From positions 372,001-436,000 of the forward strand of contig BROI01000003.1 of NCBI GenBank assembly GCA_027923505.1: a stretch of 64,000 nucleotides of DNA. Reading direction: 5' to 3'. The translations under genes and the position numbers were made by a program. This stretch comes from Mayamaea pseudoterrestris (Eukaryota). Below are positions 22,480 through 34,102 of this stretch, in pieces. Each line of letters opens with the position of its first letter. Position 1 is the first letter of the stretch. Below the pieces are notes generated by a model, which ran no database searches, had not been told where the DNA came from, and was given only the letters and a program-made list of their open reading frames with translations.

Positions 22480-23706
22480 TCATAGCTGCTTGTGGAGGTA
22501 CAGCAAGGGAACGCCTTGCACAATGAAAATGCTGGACATACCGGCAGGTTCCAGGGGCGCCGGTCCCATTGGTGGCAGCTCCAGGCTGCTTTCCGATGAA
22601 ACGTTGCCTGTCGCTGGAGCAGGATTCGCCATTGTTAACTGCGAAGCTTGTATCTCTTGGGTAGCGCCATTGTCAGTATTACTAATTGCAAAATTTGTTT
22701 GTTTCGCTTGATCCAACGTTTGATAGTTTAGACTCTTTACATATAGCGCTTGACTCGACTGGCCCCGCTGTGGATGTGCGTCGCAGTGCAAGTGCATGGA
22801 TGAGCAAGTCCAGTGCTGCTTGGCAATGGTTTCGCAAACCGTGACGAGCAGCTTGGCGCAGCCACGTGATCGATAATGTGGCGATACTAGTAGATTGGTA
22901 ATCCAGCCTTGCAGCATTTTTTGCTCGCTTTTAAGATGATTTGATACTGTTTGTTGCGAGTTAAAGGTTGGGCTTGTCACGGAATGATAGGAACCAATGA
23001 GTCGCTTCAGCCATAGTGGTCTTGGAAAGGCCGGCGGATTGCGGTTTGGTATGACTGGCTGTCTACTGACTTCAATCATTCCAATTATTTCGGACATCTT
23101 CGCACGTTGACTCTCGCGTAACGCTGGCTCAGTATACGAAGAACACTCCAAAACTAGAACAACATGATCGTTGGGAATCTTCTTGGACTGGTCATGCTGC
23201 ACCTTGACGAAGAGTGAGGCTTCCACCAGAGGCCGCAGCGTCAAGTCGTCAAGGTAGTCGAGCACGACTGGTAGCGATAGTTGGGAAGCGCATGGCATTT
23301 CTCGTCGTCGTCCATATTCGTTGGAGCAAAGCTCCACGACGCTTTGAATGTCGGATGCTTGGAGGAGACGCAAGACGAGGTGTTGTTGCGGTTGTTCCGA
23401 ACCTTCAGCTTGGTATGCAAACGGCAGCGGGATGGTCAAGGGAAGGTGAAAATCGGGTTGCTTGACTTTATCATATGCAGACTGTGGAATTTTCCAAACA
23501 TTATTGTTCTTGTTGATTGCAGGTTTTGGCTTTGGAACGAGGTTGATGGGCTTGTGCTGCTGTTGCTGGGGCACCAACGCGACGGCTGGGAGAGTTACCA
23601 GTACCGTACAAAGTAAAATATAAAGAGTCATGAAAATTACTTGGCAGGGATTGCTACAGCATCGACCGGAACGCATTTCGCGTTGAAGCATCGGTGCCCA
23701 TCGCAT
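22480..23706 (-). CDS. GNAT-family N-acetyltransferase (start may be the ATG at 23631, giving a signal peptide)
   Basis: Acetyl-CoA motif A ITNLLVSPHYRSRGCAKLLV, plus MHLHC...ALY..LNY. Confidence 0.75.
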   Translation of the reverse strand: MRWAPMLQREMRSGRCCSNPCQVIFMTLYILLCTVLVTLPAVALVPQQQQHKPINLVPKPKPAINKNNNVWKIPQSAYDKVKQPDFHLPLTIPLPFAYQAEGSEQPQQHLVLRLLQASDIQSVVELCSNEYGRRREMPCASQLSLPVVLDYLDDLTLRPLVEASLFVKVQHDQSKKIPNDHVVLVLECSSYTEPALRESQRAKMSEIIGMIEVSRQPVIPNRNPPAFPRPLWLKRLIGSYHSVTSPTFNSQQTVSNHLKSEQKMLQGWITNLLVSPHYRSRGCAKLLVTVCETIAKQHWTCSSMHLHCDAHPQRGQSSQALYVKSLNYQTLDQAKQTNFAISNTDNGATQEIQASQLTMANPAPATGNVSSESSLELPPMGPAPLEPAGMSSIFIVQGVPLLYLHKQL

Positions 23707-23929
23707 GATGGTCAAGTGCGCAAAAGTGTGAACGAAATCGGCGTTTTCGTCCCTTGTCGGAGCGGTTTTAAAACTGGTCAAGGTTCACCTCGCACCGCGA
23801 CTCATGCGCCGCCGCAGCGACCATGGACCATAACACCCGTTGCCACAAGCACTGTCGCTGTGATCCACTGACGTATTCAAACTCCGCAGAACTGATTCTT
23901 TAACTAGCGCAATCACTGTGTCTTAAAGC

Positions 23930-25090
23930 ATGTCGTACTACGGAAACACGAACGCAGGTGGAGGTTTTTATGGCGGCAGCGGAGCAGGCTTTCAGCAACA
24001 GCAACCGTCCGATCAGGAGCCGTTCATTAACAGTACCTTTGATGGTCAGCAGCAGCAACAGCAATACGACAATTCCGGAGGCAGCTATTCGCAGCAGCAG
24101 CAGCAGCAGCCTGCATTCACGACGCAGCAATGGCAGCCTCATGCTGTGCCGCACCAGCCGCAACCAGGACTATCCATGCCAATGCAGCAGCAGCAACAAC
24201 CCGTTTCCTTTTGGACTCCGACAATGACGACTGCCACCATGGCAGCCGTCGCGGGCGGAAACACGGATGCCGCCTTGAATCTCGTGTCAAACGCCGGAAA
24301 GTCCTTTCTGCAGAGCAAAACGGCCAGCATGGTGCCCGGCGTCACCACAGGCATGCAGCTGCTGCGCACCTACTTTTGCGTGGACAATCGCTACGTGTTG
24401 CGCAAAATGAAAAAGATACTCTTTCCGTTCATGAGCAAGCAGTGGAACAGGGCTCTACTGAATGAAAGCAGTAGTAGTCAAATGCAGCAGCAGCAATACT
24501 CTGATAATCAGCAATTGCAGCAGCAACAAGTACTCTACTCGACGCCGCACTATTCCCTGCCCGTCCAGGATGAATCGGCTCCCGACTTGTACATTCCAGT
24601 CATGAGCTTGATCACCTACGTGCTTCTCTGCGCGCTGGCCCATGCCAATGCTGGACCGCTCGATCCAAAGGTGATTTCAAGCATGGGCAGCTGGTGCTTG
24701 GCGATGCAAGCGCTGGAAGTTTTGGCGGCGCGCGTTTGCTTGTACTTGCTGCTGCCGCATAGTCAGTCTCATGTTGTGGGAGCGACTGCAAACACGACAC
24801 TACCAGTACTTGACTTGTTTTGCTATACTGGATACAAGTATTTGAGTCTTTGCGTCAATTTGTTGGTGAGTTTGTGTTTGGGACGTGTGTTGAACGTCAT
24901 GGGCGGAAGCCGCGCCTACTACGCGGCCTTTGCGTATACCGCCACGGCAACTGCCTTTTTCATGCTCAAAACCATGGCCAACGCCATTCCGTTAGTTGGG
25001 GGACCAAAGCGGGAAGTCATGGTGCTGGCCTTTGCCGCCAGCCAGTTTGCCACCATGTGGATTGTTTCGATTGCCACAAAATTGTTGTAA
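23930..25090 (+). CDS. YIF1: YIF1 ER-Golgi transport membrane protein
   Basis: YFCVDNRYVLRKMKKILFPF, APDLYIPVMSLITYVLL and DLFCYTGYKY; Q-rich N-terminus. Confidence 0.92.
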   Translation: MSYYGNTNAGGGFYGGSGAGFQQQQPSDQEPFINSTFDGQQQQQQYDNSGGSYSQQQQQQPAFTTQQWQPHAVPHQPQPGLSMPMQQQQQPVSFWTPTMTTATMAAVAGGNTDAALNLVSNAGKSFLQSKTASMVPGVTTGMQLLRTYFCVDNRYVLRKMKKILFPFMSKQWNRALLNESSSSQMQQQQYSDNQQLQQQQVLYSTPHYSLPVQDESAPDLYIPVMSLITYVLLCALAHANAGPLDPKVISSMGSWCLAMQALEVLAARVCLYLLLPHSQSHVVGATANTTLPVLDLFCYTGYKYLSLCVNLLVSLCLGRVLNVMGGSRAYYAAFAYTATATAFFMLKTMANAIPLVGGPKREVMVLAFAASQFATMWIVSIATKLL

Positions 25091-25173
25091 GTGTTCTATT
25101 AATACGTCAGATAGCGTCTCGCAAATTAACAGAAGTTGAAAACGCTAGTTAGATAACGTTACAAGTACGCTTA

Positions 25174-26916
25174 CTATAAGGATATATCATCCTTGAGTTC
25201 CGCAGCAACAGTGGCAACGTCTCTGTCGCGAAGGGTGCGAGCATCTTCACGAGGAATGTACGCAATACCAGCCTTGGCAGCCATTTCACCTTCCATAAAG
25301 GTCATGCCTGCATCATCCGCTGTTGCCATTTCCTTGTCCTCCAAGTCTGGTCCTTTATCAAGGGCCAGAGCGTCGAGGAGCTCCTCAAGCTTGATCTGCT
25401 GATCATCTTCGTCGTCCTCATCCTCGTTCTCATCATTGTCCTCAACAATCGCCTTCTTGTCGCTCTTGTAAAGATTCACGTTCAATCGCATCTCCTTGTC
25501 TGCTTCAATCTCCTGCATAAAATCCTCCTCGTCCATATCGTCAGTCGGCACTTTACTACGCTTCTTGCCGCCATTTCCTTCGTCAGCCTGCTCAACAGCC
25601 AATCGCTGAAGCTTCCATGCGCGCTGCTTCGAGGGATTGGCTTCACCAGCGGCTGCAGCGCCATAAAGCTTACGGACGACAATGACATCCGGCAGCACGC
25701 CATCCGACTGCAACGACTCTACAGCTTCATCCACAAAACGCGTTTCAGTCAAGTCGTAGCCCAAGCAAACGTCACCCGACTTGCAAAGATAGCCAACATG
25801 CGAATGGGCATTGTTATACTGCTTGTCATTCACTCCCAAGTCCTCCTCGCGAGCGAGCGCCAGACTCGCCAACCGACTTCGTTGCTTGCGCGAGGCCTTG
25901 CGCTTGGACGCATTCTCTCGAATCATGATGGCTTCCTTGCCCAGCACCACGTAGCGCGTCATGCGCGACCGTGCCGCCGTAATGATTGGAACGAGTGGCT
26001 CGCGCCAAAATTGTTCCGACGACATGGACGCCACTTGACCCGTCAATGGGTCAATGAGGTGAATCAAGTTGGAAATGTTCTTGACCAAGACCAGTCTCGC
26101 AATGTTTCCCAAGGTGCGAGCAAGTTTGACTGGAAGATACACCAAGTCGTCCTTACAAAGAGGACAAATCTCAACGTAAGTGGTAAACTTGTAGTTGGCC
26201 GTGTTGCTCTTGTCATCCGTCGAAATGAGCTTCTTGCTCGTCTTGATCTTTACTGGACAAACCGACTCCAACCAGGAAATGAATCTCGCCGCCTTGCCCT
26301 TGTCGGGAAAGTAAAAGTCCATACCGTCTCGAAACGTTTCCACGTTGAGGCATCCTCGATGAGCTTCATTCTTGAGAATGAGCTGTTCCAAATACAGGAA
26401 GGTTCGCTTATGGCTGACGCGTTGACGAACCTGAACAAGTGACTTCCACGAACCTTGTCGAAAGGCAGACTGACACTCAATGCACTGCTGATTCCGAACA
26501 ATATACACGACAACGAACGATTGCTGCAGAATTGTTCCTTGCACCTGTCGTTGCACTGTCAGTCGCACCTTCAATCTCATCGAGTGAGGCTCCGTCCAGA
26601 TCCACGCCGCATCCACAAGACGAACGTCTTGATTCTTTCGCTTCAAGCCTGAGACATGATCCAAGCAGAGCGCCATGAGCTCTCGACTCTCGAGACCACA
26701 GGAAACCCACTTGCCCGCGTCCTTGTGCCAGCGCTGGCAGCCACGACACTGATGAAGCGTCGCTTCCGTGCTAATGCCCTTGGTAATGTCCGCCGAGCTT
26801 GCCAAGCAGGTGGCGCATGTGTTAATGGCATTTGGTGCTTGCATCGGAACTCCACATTCGCAGCAAAGGATTGACGCGTAAATCGGCGTTGCGATTTCCA
26901 TTTGAGCTGTCGCCAT
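25174..26916 (-). CDS. NMD3: 60S ribosomal export adaptor NMD3
   Basis: CCECG, CATC, CRGC, WIWTEPHSMRLKV, VQVRQRVSHKRTFLYLEQLILK and GMDFYF; acidic NES-type tail. Confidence 0.96.
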   Translation of the reverse strand: MATAQMEIATPIYASILCCECGVPMQAPNAINTCATCLASSADITKGISTEATLHQCRGCQRWHKDAGKWVSCGLESRELMALCLDHVSGLKRKNQDVRLVDAAWIWTEPHSMRLKVRLTVQRQVQGTILQQSFVVVYIVRNQQCIECQSAFRQGSWKSLVQVRQRVSHKRTFLYLEQLILKNEAHRGCLNVETFRDGMDFYFPDKGKAARFISWLESVCPVKIKTSKKLISTDDKSNTANYKFTTYVEICPLCKDDLVYLPVKLARTLGNIARLVLVKNISNLIHLIDPLTGQVASMSSEQFWREPLVPIITAARSRMTRYVVLGKEAIMIRENASKRKASRKQRSRLASLALAREEDLGVNDKQYNNAHSHVGYLCKSGDVCLGYDLTETRFVDEAVESLQSDGVLPDVIVVRKLYGAAAAGEANPSKQRAWKLQRLAVEQADEGNGGKKRSKVPTDDMDEEDFMQEIEADKEMRLNVNLYKSDKKAIVEDNDENEDEDDEDDQQIKLEELLDALALDKGPDLEDKEMATADDAGMTFMEGEMAAKAGIAYIPREDARTLRDRDVATVAAELKDDISL

Positions 26917-27292
26917 GTTGCTGGTTGCTAGCGGTAGTTGTTGAGTTGAATTGTTGGGTCAACAACAGTGGAAAAGGAGACTGATGCAAAGTTCCTCTAT
27001 ATAGCAGGACGTCAGCAAATGTTCCCTAAATAGTAAACAATGCTGCTTCTTGTTATACGCGTTTACAGAGCACAAGCTTGGTCGATCAAGATCAATGTCG
27101 TGGATTGTAGAATATGCTTGTCGCTTTTATTTCGAAATGAACCTGAAACGATCGGTGGCTGCCAACGCCTGTCGCACAGCAACCGAATAGGTCGTACCGT
27201 TATTATACATTTGGCTGGGCTACCATCAGCACAATTCAATGGTCAAGTACCTTAAGCAGATGAGGTTGTACTGTAGTTTCAACGTACTTTGG

Positions 27293-28441
27293 CTATTTAA
27301 AGGTATCCATACACTCAAAGCCACAACCCATATCGTCAAAGATGCAATCAGTCTTGCTGGCAGAAACCTTCTCACCTGACGATGTACATGGCAGCTTCAC
27401 TTTAGTAGCGCATACCAGATCCACTTGTCTCTTGAGTTCCTGAAACTTTGCGAGATTTCGTTGAAACTCTTCCGCTCCAAGTTGCTCAATTCGTAAATCC
27501 AGGGCATAGTTCGCCGCTTTGTGAAGAATCTCATCCCAGTACACGATTGCCTTCCATTCATCGCTGAATAGATACTCCTTCATGTTTGCACTCACAACAG
27601 TTTCTTGTATTAAAATACACTTGCCGCCGTTGGACCTTCCATCGTCATAGCCACCGCTGCTTTTGGCGCTCAAGTACATGACGTCAAAAGCCGACAGTCC
27701 AAGCAGCATTTGCAAGACAACAACAGACTCATCGAAGCGTTCCGCGACGCCAATAAAGTTATACTGCTTGAAAATTTCCTCTATAACGCGTGCAGGATCT
27801 TCAACATCTTTGTGAAATGCCAAGTATTTGAGTTGGAACAATGGCAAGTCGTTTCGCTTCGTTGTCAGGTAGGCAAAAACGTTTTCGTCCGATGGTTCCT
27901 GGTGTTTGCGCGATACGTGAAAATGAAAGTACTCGGACAGAGCTCTTGCCGTTGGATCTCGCACAATGCTCCATAGAATACTGCGGTGCTTGTCACGCAT
28001 GTCATAGTTCATTCGGTGTGTGACGCTATGCTGCACTCGATTCTTGCACAAGGTTTCATTGTTTCTCTGCGCCGCCGTATATGCAAGGCGAAGAGTCACA
28101 GACGCAGCTGTCGTTGACGCTGCTTTTGGTGTCTTGACGAACAATATACCAGTCGTTGCTTTTGACTTTTGCGTCGTCCACTTGTTCCAGGCATCATCGA
28201 GCGGCAGGCATGGAATCGGAGTTGATGCATTCCATTCTGGAAATTGCCCAATGTGGATTCCCAGTGCAACCAGCAGATCGTCTTGTTTGACTAATACCTG
28301 CGCGCTTGGTTCTTTTATTGTTGACTCGTTGGCAGTCTTTTGTTGATGTGAGGAGAGTTTGTTTCGTCGTACGAGATTGATGACCGCCAAGCTTCCTAGC
28401 AAAATGAACACCAGTCGCAAACGCCCCAAAAGCGAAGCCAT
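27293..28441 (-). CDS. Golgi-type sulfotransferase (galactose-3-O-sulfotransferase-like)
   Basis: N-terminal TM segment, 5'-PSB FVKTPKAASTT, 3'-PB IVRDPTARALSEYFH, and FIGVAERFDESVVVL. Confidence 0.85.
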   Translation of the reverse strand: MASLLGRLRLVFILLGSLAVINLVRRNKLSSHQQKTANESTIKEPSAQVLVKQDDLLVALGIHIGQFPEWNASTPIPCLPLDDAWNKWTTQKSKATTGILFVKTPKAASTTAASVTLRLAYTAAQRNNETLCKNRVQHSVTHRMNYDMRDKHRSILWSIVRDPTARALSEYFHFHVSRKHQEPSDENVFAYLTTKRNDLPLFQLKYLAFHKDVEDPARVIEEIFKQYNFIGVAERFDESVVVLQMLLGLSAFDVMYLSAKSSGGYDDGRSNGGKCILIQETVVSANMKEYLFSDEWKAIVYWDEILHKAANYALDLRIEQLGAEEFQRNLAKFQELKRQVDLVCATKVKLPCTSSGEKVSASKTDCIFDDMGCGFECMDTFK

Positions 28442-28815
28442 TTACATCGCAGAATTCATGTCTAAGGAACGCACGCTCATAATATTATCCTCTGATCTGA
28501 CCAGTTGCATCGAAAGCAATTTCAAAGAAGTAGTGCAAGATCGACGATACAAATTTGGCACGATCCGTTTTGCGGTGTCTGATCGTTACTCAGGTTCAGC
28601 AACTTAAACGTACAAGTACTGTACTCTATAGAGTCTCCACCACTGCAGCCATGTGGGCTATACGTAAAAGTTGATATCGATGATGAACTAAACTACAATC
28701 AATCTAGAGGCAAAGCTGTCATGGCGAGCTTATTTGCATGCCGGCTAGGATGTACGCCTGCATCTGGTGTTGCCCACGCACCGGACATTCACAGATAGCA
28801 TAAAATAAGAAAGCG

Positions 28816-29793
28816 CTATGATATTTCTGCACCCTCATTTGCACCGTTGTCTCGTTTCCTTTTGCGATCCGCCGCTTGCAGCGCCTCCGGCAGAACGCCC
28901 TTTCGCACCGCTGCTTCAATTTCCTCCAGCTCCTTGGCAGAAGATGCATTGGCCAACAGCTCTCGTATCTGATCCTTTTGTTCAGATGTATAACTGATAA
29001 TGACAGCCTTGGCGTCATCCAATGCCTCGCCAGGATCAAACGTTTTGGTGGACGTTTGCTTGGCTTCCTGCTGCACGTCCCCTTCCAAGGCGGCACCTGC
29101 GGCGCTACTCGCCAGTCGCTCGGCCCGATCGCGCTCCGAAGCTCTGACCTTTGTAAAGTCTAGCACTTTGAGAGTTGGTATGCGGTGTATCGTATAGAGT
29201 CGGTAGTGCTGCCGTCCTGAGCAAAGATCGCGGCGAGTTAGAAACGAGGATACGACGGCAACAACAAGAGCCGGAGCGAGCACGGGAATCCCTTCGCCTA
29301 GTGTGCGCTTCCAAGCTAATTCATGCAAACAAACTAGGAAATGCAAACCCAGAATCAGAAAATGGTTTGAAAAACTGAAATCTCGCTCGACAAATGCACA
29401 TTATAACTTACTTGTCACGGGGTTGTTAACTAGCGACAGTGATTCGAGCTTTTCACAAGCACTTGCAAGGCTAGCCACTTCAGCCAGCGATGAAATATTA
29501 TTGTCCGAAAGATTCAACGTTAACAGATTCGGAACATTCTTCTTCAGGTTTCTGCCATCTATTCCTTCAATCAAGTTTCCAGCGCAGTGCAGGTGCGCCA
29601 GTCGCTGCAGTTTGGGAAAATTCTCGAGTCGAAACAATCGATTGTTCGATAGATCGTAGGAATCAAACTCGTCCCGGGCCGCCCCCAAATTTTCCAGCAT
29701 TGGTATTCCAAGTTCGCGAAGGACTAGTTCGCGGTCTCCCACTGGGTTGGTTCGTTGCTCGACCTGTGACAAGAGTTCGGCTGTCAATCTCAT
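28816..29793 (-). CDS. SNRPA1: U2 snRNP A' (Lea1), 2 exons (29793-29412, 29216-28816)
   Basis: MRLTAELL...RELVLR, ENLGA, LRR units and NPVT|RRQHYRLYTIHRIPTLKVLDFTKV. 195-nt intron GTAAGT...CTCAG. Confidence 0.93.
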
Positions 29794-30187
29794 GCTGCAA
29801 GTGTGGTGATGCTTGAGTAATGCTACGGTTAATGAGGAGTTGGGATTTTCTCAGGAGTAATCCAGACGTCCCAAGTCACCGTCAAGCTAGTAGCTGTCCT
29901 CCAACACGAGAGCTAGCTCAGCTTTCGTCGCTTCGACGGAAGAGTTGTTTGGATCAGTCAATTTCGAAGCAAGCGGGATGTGATCATGGTTGCGGAGATG
30001 GCGCGCCCGCTCATAACCTGAGAAACCGCAGCGTTACTCAGCTGCGCGCCAGCCGACCTGTCAACCGTTTTGGCGGTTGGATTGCATCGACGAAACCCAA
30101 GCGCATAAACGCGCATGGACAGCGAGCAGCACATCATTGCAATAACGCTGTCACAATTGCAGCCGAAAACAGCTCGTTTGCTGCATC

Positions 30188-31899
30188 ATGGTGTTTGGAC
30201 TTGGCAACTTTCTCCCCAAGCCGAGTGGCGAGGAGACGAAGCTCGAAGCACGGTGAGTTTTCCTTTGCCTCGTCGTCATTTTCTTTGCCGTCGAATTGCC
30301 GACTCGGATCCTGCAATGGATCTTTTGTTACGGAATATGATCTGACACTTGCTTTCTCGGTTTTGCAGATCAAGCTTGAGATGGGCAGCCTTATTTCTTG
30401 GTGAACTTCGGGATGGATTGACCATGATCAATATGCAGAGCGCCTTCCTCATTGTGTCCAAGGTACGTGAATATCGCCGTCAAGCAAATTGATACTCAAC
30501 ATGAAACGCGACTAACTTTTTATTGCTCGCTCAACGCTATTAGAATTATACGGAGAAGCAAGCTGGCATTCTGTTTTTCGTCTTTGGCATGAGCCAGTTT
30601 CTCTTTCAAACCCCAGCTGGCTACTTGTATGACTACACGGAGCAAAAAGTACTTTGGCTGTCACTGGCAGCGATTGCCACTTCACTCTTGACAATCTGCA
30701 CGGCTGTTTTTGCAAAAGAATATGGAGCAAACATTGGATGGATGATTCTAATCAAGTTTTTGCAGGGAGCCGTCACTTCGTTTATTCCGCCTGGTTTGAA
30801 TTCCATTACGCAAGGCATTGTCGGAGCGCCCGGCATGACATCGCAAGTGTCTATCAACGAAATGATGAATCATCTTGGTACAGCAATCATCGTGTCGACG
30901 GGAGCAGTGCTTGGATACTTTATATATCAGAATCTTGGATGGATTTTCATTGTCAGTCCGATTGCTTGCGTTGGCGTGGTGTATTTTCTGTCGCGCATCA
31001 GTCCTCAAGACATTGATCACAATGAAGCGCGAGGATTGGTAGCGAACGACAAGACCATGATGGAGTATAATGCGTCACCTGCGTCCATTGCTGACGACTC
31101 GAGCATGCCGAGCTTCAACTTTGGCTTTTACAGCACGGCGGGTGGAAGCACCACTGGAATGCAAACGCAACCAAAGGCGGAAACGCCCTGGAAGGTTTTG
31201 CGAGACCCCATTTTGCTGACGTTTCTTGCAATTGTCTTTTTGTTTCACACGGCCAATGGAACAATATTGCCATTGGTCATGCAAACTCTAGCGATTGGAA
31301 GTGGACGCATCGGAATTTTGTTAAGCGGTCTCTGCATATTTGTTGCGCAAATATTCATGGTCATGTCGGCCAAGATTTGCGGAGAATACAGTGGGGTCTT
31401 TGGCCGCAAGACGCTCTTTCTCATTGGACTATTCATCGTTCCAGTGCGATGCTTGATTCTTGGATCCCTGCTGCACTTTCGCACAGCAAACTCTGGACCC
31501 TTTCTCGAGTTTCTCATTTTAGCGACGCAAGTGTTTGATGGTATTGGTGCAGGAACCTTTGGGACTATGTATATATTGGTAACGAGTGACATTAGTGGCG
31601 GCACCGGCCGATTCAGCATGACCTTGGGCATGACGACAGCCGCCATGTCCATTGGAGGTACCGTCAGTGGGTATTTGGGCGAAGCGCTAGCGCAGGATAT
31701 TGGATACAAGCAAGCCTTTTTCATCCTCATGGTCATGTCGCTCGTTCCGGCACTTTTGTATCTCTTCTTCATGCCCGAAACACTGCCTGCGCTTCAGCTG
31801 AAGCCGGACGACAAGTCGGTCAGGCGAATGGAGTCTGTGCGTGAAGATGTGGAGGAACTCTTTGAAAGAGTGGATGGCCCCTACAGGGAACTCGTATAA
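30188..31899 (+). CDS. Major facilitator superfamily transporter, 3 exons (30188-30252, 30369-30462, 30544-31899)
   Basis: About 12 hydrophobic segments, with loop motifs GYLYDYTEQK and GEYSGVFGRK. Introns GTGAGT...GCAG and GTACGT...TTAG extend ORF 30589 to MVFGLGNFLPK...RWAALFLGELRDGLTM. Confidence 0.85.
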
Positions 31900-32017
31900 T
31901 TGACTGTGAAGCCTGATACATATCCTACCCATTGTCGACGACCGACAATCATCCGTCTATAACTTATTACTCATCTATATTATATTAAAAACGCTTTATT
32001 CTGCACACTCTAATTAA

Positions 32018-32740
32018 TTAAAGCACAGAATCCTCGTCCGCATCTACCAATGGCCGGCGGCGAAAGCCGACAAACGAACCGGAAACAACTCGTCTCCTCC
32101 ACCACTCATCTGGTCTGTCGACCCCGTCCATTTGATCAGTGACTAACACACCATGCGACATTCGTCCTCCAGCACAGGCCTTTTTAGAACCAAAGGCATG
32201 GAATGCCAACCCATCGGACGACCAATACTGGCCATGCAGTCGACAATTTAGCCGAAATCGAATCTTCTTCAGCAGCTTCTCATTTCTTCTCGTCCATGGC
32301 AACAAACCAGCCCTCCTTGGAAGCTGTCGTTCGACGCGACTGTTGCTACAAAGAACGAGCTCGTCAAAATACCGATCAGTGGCGCAATATGGGTTTGGAA
32401 GTGCCTCCCATTTTCCGTGTATGGATGTCAAAATTGCGTTTAGATTGCTTCTCGCCAAAGAGGCTGTTTCGTTAACTTTAGGCTCCAAGCTAAAGGTACC
32501 ATTCGAAAACATGGATAGTCGACACGGGTACTCCTGAGGCAAGTCCCATTTAAAACGTGGCACTAACGTAGCAGGCGCGTGCGTCTTGATATGCGGAAAA
32601 ATGACCGTTTCATAATCGTCGCGACTGCACTTTAAAAGCAAATCCCATTCACCAATTGCCAGCTGGGAGGCTCGATGGACGCTCGGCGTCAATGCAGTAT
32701 TGGCAGCAGCGGCACATGATAGCAAGGCAAACAAACACAT
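32018..32740 (-). CDS. Hypothetical protein with hydrophobic N-terminus (possibly exon 2 of the upstream gene)
   Basis: 240-aa ORF; the frame stays open upstream to a TTTAG acceptor ending at 32819. Confidence 0.6.
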   Translation of the reverse strand: MCLFALLSCAAAANTALTPSVHRASQLAIGEWDLLLKCSRDDYETVIFPHIKTHAPATLVPRFKWDLPQEYPCRLSMFSNGTFSLEPKVNETASLARSNLNAILTSIHGKWEALPNPYCATDRYFDELVLCSNSRVERQLPRRAGLLPWTRRNEKLLKKIRFRLNCRLHGQYWSSDGLAFHAFGSKKACAGGRMSHGVLVTDQMDGVDRPDEWWRRRVVSGSFVGFRRRPLVDADEDSVL

Positions 32741-32860
32741 GAATTTAGTAAAGCCAAAGGAGGGGCCGGCTGATGATTTCGGGCTACTAGAAACGGAAAC
32801 TTTTGCTGCATTCTGCGGCTAAACGGAAGTAGAGATTGTGTTGAGATTGCGCGTCATTAG

Positions 32861-33631
32861 TCACCGCGCAGTAATGCAGCAAATGTGTCCATAAAACATA
32901 CTCACTGCACTCACATCTTCGCTTCTAGCTTGTCGAAACAAGTCGGCAAATGGAATCTTGTCAGGCAGCAGCATGTCGCCAGGAGGATTGGCATCTGCAT
33001 CAGCATCCATTCCTTCATTCGGATCATACGGATAGCACCACACAATCAATCGACGAGAAAGCTTGATAAGTTGCTGCATCCTCGCCTGTTTTTGTTTCAA
33101 AAGTTGTCCGTTTACTTTTGTTGTTTCATCCGCGTCGTCGTCATCCCGAAAGACAAGCGTCACTGGAGGTTTTCGCTTCGCGTCATCTTCCAATCGATAG
33201 GCAAGCTGTATCGATGTCCCAAACGCATAATAGATATCCTTTGCCTTCTTGTTAGCATTCTCTTGCTGTCGCACTAGCTCTGCAGCAAGTTGCTTCTTAC
33301 TCAGCTGCCGCTTTCGCTTGGTCTTTTGACTGCCTTGTTTTAGCTGTTGCTGCTTCATATTCGTTTCACCAACTTCAATAGGTATACCTCCTGGGCCAAG
33401 TACGGGTGGTAGCTTTTCTCCAGTCTGCTTGGCGAGTGAAACCTCAAGTTCACTCGCAAACATTCGAGGCAACACTGATGACTGCAAGAGCGTAAAGAAT
33501 TGGTTTGTGTAATCGGAATGATTCTGTTGGAACCATGTTAAATCTTGCCGTCGTACGTGGAAGAGAATTTCAGCAGAGTGATACGCGCCAACTCGAATTT
33601 CCAAATAGGTTCTTGGACCATTTAGCTTCAT
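32861..33631 (-). CDS. Hypothetical protein with basic NLS-like patch (possibly spliced at 32914 onto the next ORF)
   Basis: ATG at 33631 (MKLNGPRTYLEIRVG), KTKRKRQLSKK, and a GTGAGT donor at 32914. Confidence 0.6.
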   Translation of the reverse strand: MKLNGPRTYLEIRVGAYHSAEILFHVRRQDLTWFQQNHSDYTNQFFTLLQSSVLPRMFASELEVSLAKQTGEKLPPVLGPGGIPIEVGETNMKQQQLKQGSQKTKRKRQLSKKQLAAELVRQQENANKKAKDIYYAFGTSIQLAYRLEDDAKRKPPVTLVFRDDDDADETTKVNGQLLKQKQARMQQLIKLSRRLIVWCYPYDPNEGMDADADANPPGDMLLPDKIPFADLFRQARSEDVSAVSMFYGHICCITAR

Positions 33632-34102
33632 GATGAGGTACTGACAATGAAGCGGCGCTGATATATAATGCTTGGCAAGCAGCACCATGCTCCATCGTCC
33701 ATCGGCGGCTGTCGAAAGCGAAACTGAAACGTCGTGGCAAGTCGCATCGGTTTTAAGTCTGAGTCCCGCTGCGTCAATTATGCACGCTCGAATCTGCGGC
33801 AACGCTCGAGATTCGGATGAATGGCGCGGTCGAGCCTTTCATCCTAATCAACAAGCCGACGTTTTGGAATCATCCATTGCGCTGTGTCTTTGTTGTTACA
33901 ATTTAATCTATTGATCTTGCTGAGCAGGAAAATCTAGCTGCTCATTTGTGGAAGGAACCGTCGTGGCTGTTCGTGTCGGCGCTTGAAGCAACATCTTTCT
34001 CTTCTTCATGCAACTGCATTTCGAATTTCTTCTTCGCATCTAGCCGTTAACAATCTTGTTATTTGCAGCGGAGGAACAAATCATCTGACGACTAGGCGAA
34101 AC

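Noticed and set aside
23990..24530. (CAG/CAA)n runs here and at about 4266-4286
   Set aside because: Ordinary coding poly-Gln tracts in low-complexity protein regions.
28678..28790. Box C-like ATGATGA as a C/D snoRNA
   Set aside because: No CTGA box D or terminal stem at a suitable distance.
29217..29411. N-terminus of ORF 28816..29346, or an intronic snoRNA in the longer U2A' intron
   Set aside because: The stretch is intronic in the spliced U2A' model, and I found no convincing C/D or H/ACA arrangement.
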